DNA from: Candidatus Omnitrophota bacterium
GTDB lineage: Bacteria > Omnitrophota > Gorgyraeia > Duberdicusellales > 4484-171
Direction of reading: 5' to 3'
NCBI GenBank assembly: GCA_014729775.1
Contig: WJJJ01000013.1
Coordinates: forward strand, 2,947-66,946
DNA length: 64,000 bases
Shown: positions 18,683 to 27,615 of the stretch, piece by piece
How positions within the stretch are numbered: the first letter of the stretch is position 1
Layout of the letters: every line of letters starts with the position of its first letter
Notes under the pieces: generated by a model
Told to the model about the DNA's origin: nothing
The model's input: only the letters and a program-made list of their open reading frames with translations
Databases searched by the model: none
Position numbers and translations under genes: made by a program

Positions 18683-18763
18683 CGGATGTGGGTGAGCGGA
18701 GGAGGGGTGACGAAGAGTTGACAGAGGGCGAAAAAAGAGAGATTATAACGAGAGGAGGTGAGG

Positions 18764-19468
18764 ATGAAGCTGAGAATTGAGGACGGCGGCGTGTATCATA
18801 TATTTAATCGGAGCATCGCCAATTTTGTTATTTTTCATACGGAGAGCGATTATAGAAGGATTATCTGCGCTTTTTCTTTTTTTCAATGGAGAGATCTTCC
18901 CTGTAGTTTCAACCGGCTTCTGAAACGGATTGAAACGGGTCAGCTCACAGAAAAGGACATTTTAAAAAAACAGATTCGATTACCGCGCACTCAAATCATC
19001 GCCTATTGCCTCATGCCGACTCATTTGCATATGATTTTAACACAGATAACTGCTGACGGAATAGCTCAGTATATGAAAAACGTACAGAACAGCTATACAC
19101 GCTATTTCAATACCAAGTACCACAGAAAAGGGCCCTTATGGGAAAGTCGGTATAAAAAAGTTCGGGTTACTACTGACAACCAGTTGCTGCATTTGACCCG
19201 TTACCTGCATTTAAATCCGGTCACGGCTCATCTGGTTGACGATCCGGAGCAATGGCCGTATTCTTCGTATCATGAGTACCTCAACCGTATTCCTGCAGAC
19301 GAGAGGATCTGCGGGTACGAAGATGTATTGGAAGTCAAACCTCGATCTTACCAGAAATTCGTAAGAGAACGCATTCATGATCAACGGGATATTGCCGCGC
19401 TCAAGAAATTTCATTTGGAAGATTGCGGCGATCATTTGTATGCAAAAATACCTTCTGTTCAATCTTGA
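18764..19468 (+). CDS. IS200/IS605-family Y1 (HUH) transposase, REP-associated tyrosine transposase (RAYT)-like
   Basis: YHIFNRSIANFVIF N-terminus, HUH motif LMPTHLHMIL, catalytic-Tyr region YTRYFN...RYLHLNPV; gene is conspicuously AT-rich relative to flanks. Confidence 0.75.
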   Translation: MKLRIEDGGVYHIFNRSIANFVIFHTESDYRRIICAFSFFQWRDLPCSFNRLLKRIETGQLTEKDILKKQIRLPRTQIIAYCLMPTHLHMILTQITADGIAQYMKNVQNSYTRYFNTKYHRKGPLWESRYKKVRVTTDNQLLHLTRYLHLNPVTAHLVDDPEQWPYSSYHEYLNRIPADERICGYEDVLEVKPRSYQKFVRERIHDQRDIAALKKFHLEDCGDHLYAKIPSVQS

Positions 19469-19542
19469 ATCCAGAGGCATTCGGAAAAGATCTGTGTGTG
19501 TAGGAGCACACACCCTGTGAGCCTCTGAGGGTAACGCGGTGA

Positions 19543-21924
19543 GTGCTTGCAAATCCGGCGCGTTTCGATTATGATAAGGACGTGGCTGCCTTCATTCGCC
19601 GATTCATTTTAGTCCTTTTGCGCCGGCCGCTGATATCGATCAGCGTGACCGGAGCAATTACGCTTCTGGCCCTCTCAGTCCTGCCGAAAATTCAAATCGA
19701 TCACAGCGTTGACGTATTCTTTGATCGTGACAGCCCCAGCTACGTGCAGTTTCAGGAATGGAAAAAAGAATTCGGAAGCAACCAGCTGATCGTGGTTGCG
19801 CTCGATTCCGGAGAGGTGTTTACCGAGAAATCTCTTCGGGTGATCCGTACGCTTACTCTCGCGTTTGAACGCCTGCCTCACGTGGACGAGGTGACCAGTA
19901 TTACCAATGTCAATGATATCCGGGGTTCCGATCAGGATTTTATCGTCGAGAAGTTTATTAAAGAGATCCCTTCTGATCCGGACGCGCTGTCCCGTCTCGA
20001 AACCGCCGCGCTTCAGAATCCGCTTTACGTGAAAAATCTAATTTCTCCGGACGGAATGGTTGCCGGTATCTCCATCGAGCTCGTCCGTCATGAAGGAGAA
20101 GATGATACCTATAAGAAGGAAGTCATCGAGGATGTATTCGAAATCCTTCAGAAGGAAGTCCCCTCTTCCCATGAGTATTACGTAAGCGGACTGACCACTA
20201 TCGAACATTTCTATGCCCGGTATATGCAGGAGGATCTCAAACGGTTCCTGCCGTTGATCTTCGTTTTTCTAATCGCAGTGTTGGTGATAAGTTTTCGGCG
20301 TCTGGGCGGCGTCCTTATTCCGCTGGTGACGATCACGGTGAGTCTGGTCTGGACAATGGCCTTCCTCTACTTCTGCGGGTTTTCCATCAATAACGTGACG
20401 ACGATTATTCCTCCGATCATCTTGGCGATCGCGGTTGCCGACAGCGTGCATTTAGTGGGGGAAACCCTGCAGAGGGCGCGAAGGGGGGATTTTTGCGGCG
20501 GGAAGGAAGAAAGTTCCGCCGTGGCGGAGACCGCGATGCATTTGCTTAAGCCCTGCGCGCTGACGACGCTCACTACGATGATCGGTTTTTATTCTCTCAC
20601 GGTGAGCCGGATCCCGCCGGTGCGGGAGCTGGGGATCGTCGCGGGAACCGGGGTCTTCTTTGCTTTTGTGCTGACCTTTACCTTTTTGCCCGCGCTGATC
20701 AAACAGTTTCATTTGTGTGCGATGAAGCCCGGCGGCGGGCGCGGGGCGCTGGACAGCGGGTTCGACGCGTTTTTAAAGAAGATGGCCGGATTCAGCGAAC
20801 GTTTTCATCGGGCGATTCTCTGGGGCGCGGTGCTTCTGGTCGCGGGCTGTGTGTGGGGTACGACGTTCATTCAGTCGGAAACAAGCGTGCTTGAATATTT
20901 CAAACCGCAGACACAAGTGTATCAAGCCACTACGTTTATGGAGGAGAACCTGAGCGGAGTGCATTTCCTTCAGATTTCCCTGCGTGCTCAGGAACGGGAT
21001 TATTTCAAGGATCCGGCGCGGCTCCGCGAGATCGAGAATCTGGAGCGTTTTTTGGAAAAGGTTCCTGAAGTCGATAAAGTCGAATCGGTCGTTGATTACG
21101 TCAAGGAGATCAATAAGTCGTTCCATAACGAGAATCCCGGCTATTACGCCATCCCGGAGTCACGGCCGCTTCTGGCGCAGTATCTCCTGTTGTACGGCGC
21201 CCGGGATTTACGTGAGTTTGTTGATTCCCAGTGGGAATGGACGACTGTGCAGGTCCGTCTCACCGAACATAGCACGGCGCGGCTGAGTGAAGTGATCGAA
21301 AATGTAGAGGGATATCTGCACCGTCATTTCAGCGGGATTGAAGCAAGGGTCCTGGGGCAAACCGTGCTTGAGGTGGAGACGAACAACGCCGTTACTGAGG
21401 GGCAGGTCAAAAGTCTGGCGATGGCAATGGCGGTGATCTTTGTCATGATGTTTTTCGTGTTCCGTACTTTCGGGGCCGGCATGGTGAGCATGGGGGCGAA
21501 TCTCTTGCCTCTTCTGATAAATTTTGGGATAATGGGGTTTGCCGGGATTCGGCTTGACAGCGCGACGTCGATGATTTCCGCGATCGCCATCGGCATTATC
21601 GTTGATGACACCATTCATTACATGCACTCGTTTCAGCATTCTCTGCAGTCGCGGGGAAAGTACCGGGAGGCGATGTATGATGCGTTCCATCAAAAGGGCC
21701 GGCCGATTATTCTTACGTCCCTAATTTTGTTCTGCGGTTTCGGAGTGATGATATTTTCTCATTTTGTCCCCACGTATTATTTCGGAATGCTGAGCGCGCT
21801 GTTGATGATTCATGCCTTGGTGGTCGATCTGATCATTCTGCCCAGCGCGCTGATAGCGCTGAAGCCCCGGTTTCGGTCGGGGCGGAAAGGAAAGGAGAAC
21901 CGCGAAAATGAACTCGTCCGCTGA
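19543..21924 (+). CDS. RND-superfamily exporter, MMPL/COG1033 type (12 TM, two large periplasmic loops)
   Basis: Two 6-TM bundles with sterol-sensing-like segments (ILAIAVADSVHL / AIAIGIIVDDTIHY); GTG start, true start may be GTG 19582. Confidence 0.8.
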   Translation: MLANPARFDYDKDVAAFIRRFILVLLRRPLISISVTGAITLLALSVLPKIQIDHSVDVFFDRDSPSYVQFQEWKKEFGSNQLIVVALDSGEVFTEKSLRVIRTLTLAFERLPHVDEVTSITNVNDIRGSDQDFIVEKFIKEIPSDPDALSRLETAALQNPLYVKNLISPDGMVAGISIELVRHEGEDDTYKKEVIEDVFEILQKEVPSSHEYYVSGLTTIEHFYARYMQEDLKRFLPLIFVFLIAVLVISFRRLGGVLIPLVTITVSLVWTMAFLYFCGFSINNVTTIIPPIILAIAVADSVHLVGETLQRARRGDFCGGKEESSAVAETAMHLLKPCALTTLTTMIGFYSLTVSRIPPVRELGIVAGTGVFFAFVLTFTFLPALIKQFHLCAMKPGGGRGALDSGFDAFLKKMAGFSERFHRAILWGAVLLVAGCVWGTTFIQSETSVLEYFKPQTQVYQATTFMEENLSGVHFLQISLRAQERDYFKDPARLREIENLERFLEKVPEVDKVESVVDYVKEINKSFHNENPGYYAIPESRPLLAQYLLLYGARDLREFVDSQWEWTTVQVRLTEHSTARLSEVIENVEGYLHRHFSGIEARVLGQTVLEVETNNAVTEGQVKSLAMAMAVIFVMMFFVFRTFGAGMVSMGANLLPLLINFGIMGFAGIRLDSATSMISAIAIGIIVDDTIHYMHSFQHSLQSRGKYREAMYDAFHQKGRPIILTSLILFCGFGVMIFSHFVPTYYFGMLSALLMIHALVVDLIILPSALIALKPRFRSGRKGKENRENELVR

Positions 21925-22801
21925 AACTGCGGGAGAGGCCGATCAATTTTTCAGAGAAGCTTTCTGCCGGAATATCGGACTGCTGACCGAAGAGGAGCAG
22001 GAAAAGCTGCGGCGTACGACCGTCGGGGTTATCGGAGCCGGCGGCGTCGGCGGGCTGCACCTGACGACTTTGGCCCGTTTAGGCGTAGGAGGTTTCCATA
22101 TTGCCGACATGGACAGGTACGAATTAGCCAATGTCCAGAGACAGTGCGGCGCGTTCGTGCATACCCTCGGAAAAAATAAGGCGGAGGCAATGCGGGAGAT
22201 CGCGCTGGGGATCAATCCTCATCTGCGGCTTAAAGTATTTTCCGAGCAGATCGGCCGTGAAAATATTCATCAGTTCCTGGAAGGGGTGGATGTGCTCATT
22301 GACGGCATCGATTTTTTTTCGCTGGAAGCGCGGCGCTGCGCTTTCGATGCCGCCCGGGAACGGGGAGTATATACCGTCACCGCGGGGCCTCTGGGGTTCG
22401 GCAGTGCGATGCTGGTGTTCGCTCCCCAAGACGGGATGACGTTTGACGAATATTTTGATATTCATCCTGACATGAACGAGACGGAGAAGATTATCGCGTT
22501 CGCGGTAGGGCTTGCGCCGGCGGCTCTGCATATGCGTTATTTAAATCTTGGTTCGGTGAATCTGAAGAAAAAATCGGGACCGTCTCTGGTAACCGCGTGC
22601 ACGCTGTGCGGGGTGCTTGCCGCCACTGAGGTGATTCGCATTGTATTGAGAAAAGACAGACCGGCCGCGGTGCCGCATTATTTTCAATACGATCCGTATC
22701 TGCAGAAACTGAAGAAAGGATACGTGCGGTGGGGGAATCGTCATCCTCTTCAACGGGTCAAACGCTGGTATCTCGCCAGAAAACTCGGCGCTCGCGCCTG
22801 A
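21908..22801 (+). CDS. ThiF/MoeB/TcdA-family E1-like adenylyltransferase
   Basis: Rossmann nucleotide loop VGVIGAGGVGGLHLTTLARLGVGGFHIADMDRYELANVQRQ; 17-bp overlap with RND gene. Confidence 0.75.
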   Translation: MNSSAETAGEADQFFREAFCRNIGLLTEEEQEKLRRTTVGVIGAGGVGGLHLTTLARLGVGGFHIADMDRYELANVQRQCGAFVHTLGKNKAEAMREIALGINPHLRLKVFSEQIGRENIHQFLEGVDVLIDGIDFFSLEARRCAFDAARERGVYTVTAGPLGFGSAMLVFAPQDGMTFDEYFDIHPDMNETEKIIAFAVGLAPAALHMRYLNLGSVNLKKKSGPSLVTACTLCGVLAATEVIRIVLRKDRPAAVPHYFQYDPYLQKLKKGYVRWGNRHPLQRVKRWYLARKLGARA

Positions 22802-22837
22802 AGGCTTCTAATAACCGATCAAAAGAGGAGTAGCCTG

Positions 22838-23623
22838 ATGACTTACGGGAAGAGAATATTATGGATGTCCGCTTTATTTACCTGTATATGGCTCTCCTTC
22901 CCTCCCGGCGCAGCCGCCCAGGAGCTGAGCGGAGGGCAGATCATGGAAAAATCCTATTTTCGCGAGGACGGGAATGACGCTGAATTCAAGGTTGAGATGA
23001 TCTTAATCGACCGCCGCGGCCGCGCCAGGGACCGTACGCTGATGATGTATTTTAAAGATTACGGGAATTTGCGGAAAACATTTCTCAAGTTCACGGAACC
23101 GGCTGATATCGAGGGTACGAAGTTCTTATCCTGGGAAACCGAAAACGGCGAGGAGACGCAATACTTGTACCTTCCCGCGCTGGGCAGATCCAAGCGGATC
23201 GTGAGTAGCCAAAGGGACCTGCGGTTTGTGAATACTGATTTTACCTACGAGGATATGGAACGGCGCGAGCCCGGTCAGGATACCCATCGGTTTCTGCGGG
23301 ACGGTGAATCCCTGAACCGGCCGTGCTTTGTGGTGGAGAGCGTGCCCAAACCGGACACTTCCCAATACGGAAAACGCGTCAGCTGGGTAACGAAAGATTC
23401 TTTTGTGGTCGTCGCGGTTGATTTTTACGATACCCGGGAGAAGAAAATTAAGGAATTACGGGTGAAGGAGTTGGAGGAGGTCGAAGGGATCCCGACGGCG
23501 ATGAAAACGATAATGAAGGACCTTAAAGAGGATCACCGGACGGTGATGAAGGTTGAGTATGTGGAATATAATCAGGGGCTTGCGGATACGCTGTTTACGC
23601 TTTCCGCTCTCGAACGTAATTAG
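22838..23623 (+). CDS. LolA-like outer-membrane lipoprotein-sorting protein (type commonly paired with MMPL/RND exporters)
   Basis: Signal peptide; ~260 aa; KFLSWE...YLYLPALGRSKRIVSSQRDLRFVNTDFTYEDM resembles the LolA-like family; call from memory of the family. Confidence 0.5.
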   Translation: MTYGKRILWMSALFTCIWLSFPPGAAAQELSGGQIMEKSYFREDGNDAEFKVEMILIDRRGRARDRTLMMYFKDYGNLRKTFLKFTEPADIEGTKFLSWETENGEETQYLYLPALGRSKRIVSSQRDLRFVNTDFTYEDMERREPGQDTHRFLRDGESLNRPCFVVESVPKPDTSQYGKRVSWVTKDSFVVVAVDFYDTREKKIKELRVKELEEVEGIPTAMKTIMKDLKEDHRTVMKVEYVEYNQGLADTLFTLSALERN

Positions 23624-25001
23624 AAGTATTGGATTGGCGTTCGCGCTGAGTGCGGCGGCTTCGCATCCGATCACTGCGCAGGATGCGCTGGAAGGAGCAG
23701 TTTCCTGGTCTTCTTCAGGGGAGCTCGAATTCCGGGTGTTTCAGGACACGGTTGAAGATACCGAATACGAAGATCACCGGCAGTATTTCAGCCGGGCATT
23801 ATGGGAGAATGAGGTCCGGCTCGAAGGAAGTCCTTTGCGCGTTCAGATAAACGCTGAAGCGGTCGGAGAAGCCTGGTCGGGGGACGAGAGCAGAGAGGAC
23901 GCGGATGTATTCCTGCACGAAGCGTACGCGAGTTATGTCAAGGGAGCGCATGCGTTCACCGTCGGGCGTCAAGTGGTGACCTGGGGCCGGATTGAACGGT
24001 CCAGGCTGGACGTGTGGAATCCGCAGAGTTACCGGTGGTTTGTATTGTTTGATAAACAGCGTCGGAAAAGGGCGGTTCTGATGAGCCGCTATGAATATAT
24101 TGCTCCCCGCTTTGATCTCGAATTTGTCTGGATGCCCTGGTTTGAACCTTCTCAGTTGCTGTACTTCGGATCGGACTGGGCGCTGTTTGATCACACGAAA
24201 AAAATCATACGAGAGGAAGGTTATCCGCCGGCGGTGAAATCTCTGGTGAATGCGATCGAAATCCGGGCCGATCCTGAGCGGGAGAAGCACGCGCTCACCA
24301 ATTCTCAAGGCGGAGCGCGACTGCGCTCCCGGGCCGGGGATATCGATTACGCGCTCTATTATCTGAACGTGGCGCAGAATCTTGGAGTCCTGCAGGAATC
24401 GACGCCAAAGGGGAACCTGGTGAAACAGTTTTTGTATCTTCCCTCCGCCGGGAACCTGAACCGGCTGCTCGCGGCTGCCCCGGCCGGAGATGATCTTATT
24501 CTGCGCAAAGAACATCCAAGAATGCACCTGATCGGTGCCGACGCAGAAACCGTGTGGGGAGTAAGTTCGGTGCGAGCGGAGCTGGCCTACGCGACCAAAA
24601 TGGCGTATTTGCGGGAGGATTTTTCGTATGCGATCCACGATACCCTTTTTGGGGCGTGCGGGGCCGATTACACCGGTTCCGGCGGTCTGTATCTGAATAT
24701 CGATTTTCTTTACAGGCAAATTCTCGGTTATAGAGAGTTGTTTGCCGACGAAGAATATACCTTCCAAGTCGACGGCACGCTGCGGAAGGATCTCTGGAGA
24801 GGCAGCGCCGAATTCGTTCTGGACGGTTCGTTTAATTTCTCGCGGCATGACTGGATGATCAATCCGGTGGTCACCTGGAAAGCGAATCCCTCGTTTCACG
24901 TTTCCGCGGGAATGGTTTTTTTCGGCGGGGACTTAACGACTCTTTTTGGACGGTTTGATCAGAAAGATCTGGTATACGTCCGTACTCAATACTTCTTTTA
25001 A
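23553..25001 (+). CDS. putative outer-membrane beta-barrel protein (RND-cassette associated)
   Basis: Signal-peptide-like N-terminus (LAFALSAAASHPITAQD), alternating amphipathic strands, C-terminal ...YVRTQYFF terminal Phe; start uncertain (overlaps previous gene). Confidence 0.45.
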   Translation: MSMWNIIRGLRIRCLRFPLSNVIRSIGLAFALSAAASHPITAQDALEGAVSWSSSGELEFRVFQDTVEDTEYEDHRQYFSRALWENEVRLEGSPLRVQINAEAVGEAWSGDESREDADVFLHEAYASYVKGAHAFTVGRQVVTWGRIERSRLDVWNPQSYRWFVLFDKQRRKRAVLMSRYEYIAPRFDLEFVWMPWFEPSQLLYFGSDWALFDHTKKIIREEGYPPAVKSLVNAIEIRADPEREKHALTNSQGGARLRSRAGDIDYALYYLNVAQNLGVLQESTPKGNLVKQFLYLPSAGNLNRLLAAAPAGDDLILRKEHPRMHLIGADAETVWGVSSVRAELAYATKMAYLREDFSYAIHDTLFGACGADYTGSGGLYLNIDFLYRQILGYRELFADEEYTFQVDGTLRKDLWRGSAEFVLDGSFNFSRHDWMINPVVTWKANPSFHVSAGMVFFGGDLTTLFGRFDQKDLVYVRTQYFF

Positions 25002-25026
25002 TCCGCGCAAGAATCCTTCCGGATGT

Positions 25027-25848
25027 TTACCGCATGATTTTTTCGAAATCGTACGTGGGGTAACATTTCTTGAGGTAGGCGAGGTGTTCCGGAGAGCAGT
25101 TTCGGAGGATTGGATGGCGTTCCACGAAAAACGAGCGCAGGTCGTCTTCCGAAAAACGGAATTTTCCGCTGAATTTTTCGGGTTCGTTCTTTACCCGCAG
25201 GAACATTTTCTGTAAATCTTCACGCTGCATCGTTTTGCATCGTTCTTCAAACCCGTGAAGGTTGATGTATTTGCCTATTGCCGGTGCTCCGTTGGCGTGA
25301 TTGTACGTCTTGAGCTCTCCCAGATCCTCAAACAGGAGAAAATCATAAATAAGCTTATGTTTTGGATGGAACGTGATGCAGGCAAAATCATAATCGTGAT
25401 ATATCGAAAGATAATCAAAGACAAGCTTGAACAGTGAAAAGATGAAGAACATTTTTTTTGCGTTCAACATGACCGATACGCCGCGAAAGAGGTCGGTATT
25501 GCTGGCGAGCATGGTCACTTCGCATACTTTTTTCCCCTGATCGCGTAACGCATCGATTTCATTGCGGTAAATTGCGTCCATGGGCAGGCCCAGAGGGGAA
25601 TCGGGGATCACCGAAACGGTGGAGAGGACAATGTCGTCTGCGACCGTGACAAACGTGCTGCTTTGCGGCAGTGCGTTGTAGACCGTGTAGCGCATCTGCG
25701 ACGGACATTCCTCGGTGTATCCGCGTTTCAGATATTCCCGATAGACGAGAGAGTACGCCTGAGTGATTTCCTCGCGTATGCGTGCGATACGGTAATCCAC
25801 CGAACGTAAGAGAGTTTTTACGTCTATGCAGTCTTGTGACATATTCAT
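25027..25848 (-). CDS. putative N-acyl amino acid synthase (LuxI/FeeM-like; exosortase-system-associated type)
   Basis: ~270 aa, N-terminal RIREEITQAYSLVYREYLKRGY; AT-rich gene; assignment from size, context and weak recollection of the family, not a firm match. Confidence 0.4.
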   Translation of the reverse strand: MNMSQDCIDVKTLLRSVDYRIARIREEITQAYSLVYREYLKRGYTEECPSQMRYTVYNALPQSSTFVTVADDIVLSTVSVIPDSPLGLPMDAIYRNEIDALRDQGKKVCEVTMLASNTDLFRGVSVMLNAKKMFFIFSLFKLVFDYLSIYHDYDFACITFHPKHKLIYDFLLFEDLGELKTYNHANGAPAIGKYINLHGFEERCKTMQREDLQKMFLRVKNEPEKFSGKFRFSEDDLRSFFVERHPILRNCSPEHLAYLKKCYPTYDFEKIMR

Positions 25849-26327
25849 GACTTTACGTGAATGTCCCCGTGCTGATCGAGATATTCGCTGAGAATCGTCC
25901 GGCTGACGTAGAAAACGAATTTCTGCCGGTCTTGAGGGGACATTTTGTGAAACCGGATTCCGGTAAGATACGCGGGATACGAAGAGGAGCCTGAATGCGT
26001 GTTCTCCGGCTGGGAATTCCAGATGACGTCGGCATCAACCGAGAAAGGTTTCTGTTCGTCCGGAAGCTTCAGTTTAAGCGAGATCACCTGTCCCCGGGTG
26101 AGCGGGACAGGGGAAAGAAAGCGCATCCCTCCGCCGCTGATATCTTCAATCGCGAGAGGGCGATGCCAACGATTCCGGCCGCTCATTGCAAATTCCATCT
26201 CCAGCGGGAGAGTGACCCGGTCGGTCTTTCGCTTCTCTTTGGCCAGCAAAGTCTGCAGTTTTTTCAACTCTTCCCGCATGAATGCTCCTCGCTGTTCCAT
26301 TATCGGCATATTTGGGCGTACTGTCAA
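25845..26327 (-). CDS. PilZ domain protein (c-di-GMP binding)
   Basis: KEKRKTDRVTLPL (RxxxR) and EDISGGGMRF (DxSxGG) PilZ motifs; ATGA-type overlap with downstream gene on minus strand. Confidence 0.75.
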   Translation of the reverse strand: MTVRPNMPIMEQRGAFMREELKKLQTLLAKEKRKTDRVTLPLEMEFAMSGRNRWHRPLAIEDISGGGMRFLSPVPLTRGQVISLKLKLPDEQKPFSVDADVIWNSQPENTHSGSSSYPAYLTGIRFHKMSPQDRQKFVFYVSRTILSEYLDQHGDIHVKS

Positions 26328-26569
26328 GGCGAAATCCGCCGGTTTGAGAGAGAACGACGCGTCCGCGAGAAGGAGAGAAGAGCTCGCGTGATCATCCGTG
26401 GGAGGGCATCACAAAATTTGTGGAATTTTCCCACAAAGAGCCAAAAATGTCGAAAAGATTGACATTGTTTAACTTGTTGATAAATATAGTGTTAAAGAAA
26501 CATTGTTCGTTTCCTTTGAGGCTTTGTTGATATTTATAGACATTTCGCCGATGGGGGGAACCGCCGAAT

Positions 26570-26597
26570 GAAAACGGTTTCAAGGAAAACGGTTTTA
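26570..26597. promoter_or_regulatory. two tandem AAAACGGTTTT palindromes (candidate enhancer / bEBP upstream activating sequence)
   Basis: Perfect 11-bp palindromes at 26571-26581 and 26586-26596, third half-like site AACCGTTTA at 26630-38; 75-100 bp upstream of the sigma-54 -24 element at 26673. Confidence 0.4.
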
Positions 26598-26671
26598 TAT
26601 CTCTAACAGTTTGATTCCCAACCGTTTATAGTTGACTTATTTCACCCTTTTTCGCGGGAGTAACTCTTATT

Positions 26672-26687
26672 TGGCATGGAATCTGCT
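26672..26687 (+). promoter_or_regulatory. sigma-54 (-24/-12) promoter TGGCATG-N4-CTGCT
   Basis: tTGGCATggaatCTGCTt; GG 26673-74, GC 26685-86, 10-nt spacing; 30 nt upstream of start 26717. Confidence 0.65.
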
Positions 26688-26716
26688 TTACCTTATACAA
26701 GCGCAGGTAAAAGAAA

Positions 26717-27598
26717 ATGGAGCGAATAGTCGGATATCCCAGTAGAGATGTGGATAAAAAGTTCCGCCGGGCGGTGCGAACCGTACGGAAGACCCTGCGG
26801 GAAATTACAAGACCTGACGTAAGAAGGGTCTGTGCTTCTTTTTTCCTGGGGGTGTTCCTGACCGGTACTGTTGCCGCGGTGGTGTGGTTAGTGCGCAGTT
26901 CTGTGTATGCTCAGTCGACTATGGTACGGTCGGCGGCTGTGCCGCTGGAATCGGTTCGTTGGGTGATGAGCGGGAGCTTGGCGAGCGCATTGATCAGTTT
27001 CGCCCGCGTAAAGTATCGCCTGGGAAAACGGTGTTTTGATGTGGCGGCGTCTGCGATCGGACTTATTTTGTCGGCGCCGTTGCTGATCATTATCGCGATA
27101 CTGGTGAAGCTTGAATCGGAAGGTCCGGTGTTCTTTACCCAGAAGCGGCTGGGGAAGAACGGCAAAATTTTCAATATTTGGAAATTTCGCACGATGCGCA
27201 ATAACGCCGAGATGGAAACCGGTCCGGTATGGGCGCAGGATGACGATCCCCGGGTCACCCGCTTGGGAAATTTCCTGCGTAAAACGCATATCGATGAACT
27301 GCCGCAATTATGGAATGTGGTGAGAGGGGACATGAGTCTTATCGGTCCGCGTCCGGAACGTCCCGAATTCTCGGAGCAGATTGCCTTTCACGTGCCGCAG
27401 TTTCGTCAGCGGATCGAGGTGAAACCAGGGATTACCGGTTTGGCACAGGTGCGCTATCAATACGGAGCATCAATACGCGATGCGTCGAGAAAATTGCGGT
27501 ACGATCAATTATATCTGCAGCGGATGTGTTGGTTTCTTGATTTCCAGATCCTGCTTTGGACTCTGGGACGGGTGATGACCGGCGAAGGCGCCAGGTAA
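26717..27598 (+). CDS. exopolysaccharide priming polyprenyl-phosphate sugar phosphotransferase (bacterial sugar transferase, EpsB/WbaP C-terminal type)
   Basis: KRCFDV...LLIIIAILVKLESEGPVFFTQKRLGKNGKIFNIWKFRTM...DELPQLWNVVRGDMSLIGPRPERPEF. Confidence 0.85.
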   Translation: MERIVGYPSRDVDKKFRRAVRTVRKTLREITRPDVRRVCASFFLGVFLTGTVAAVVWLVRSSVYAQSTMVRSAAVPLESVRWVMSGSLASALISFARVKYRLGKRCFDVAASAIGLILSAPLLIIIAILVKLESEGPVFFTQKRLGKNGKIFNIWKFRTMRNNAEMETGPVWAQDDDPRVTRLGNFLRKTHIDELPQLWNVVRGDMSLIGPRPERPEFSEQIAFHVPQFRQRIEVKPGITGLAQVRYQYGASIRDASRKLRYDQLYLQRMCWFLDFQILLWTLGRVMTGEGAR

Positions 27599-27615
27599 AC
27601 GAAGTTTCTCTGCTG

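Noticed and set aside
18520-18757. Possibility that the GTTAAC palindromes are a transcription-factor operator for the cargo array rather than REP elements
   Set aside because: They lie downstream of the last cargo gene and directly upstream of the transposase, and carry the GTAG tetranucleotide typical of REP/RAYT systems; not fully excluded.
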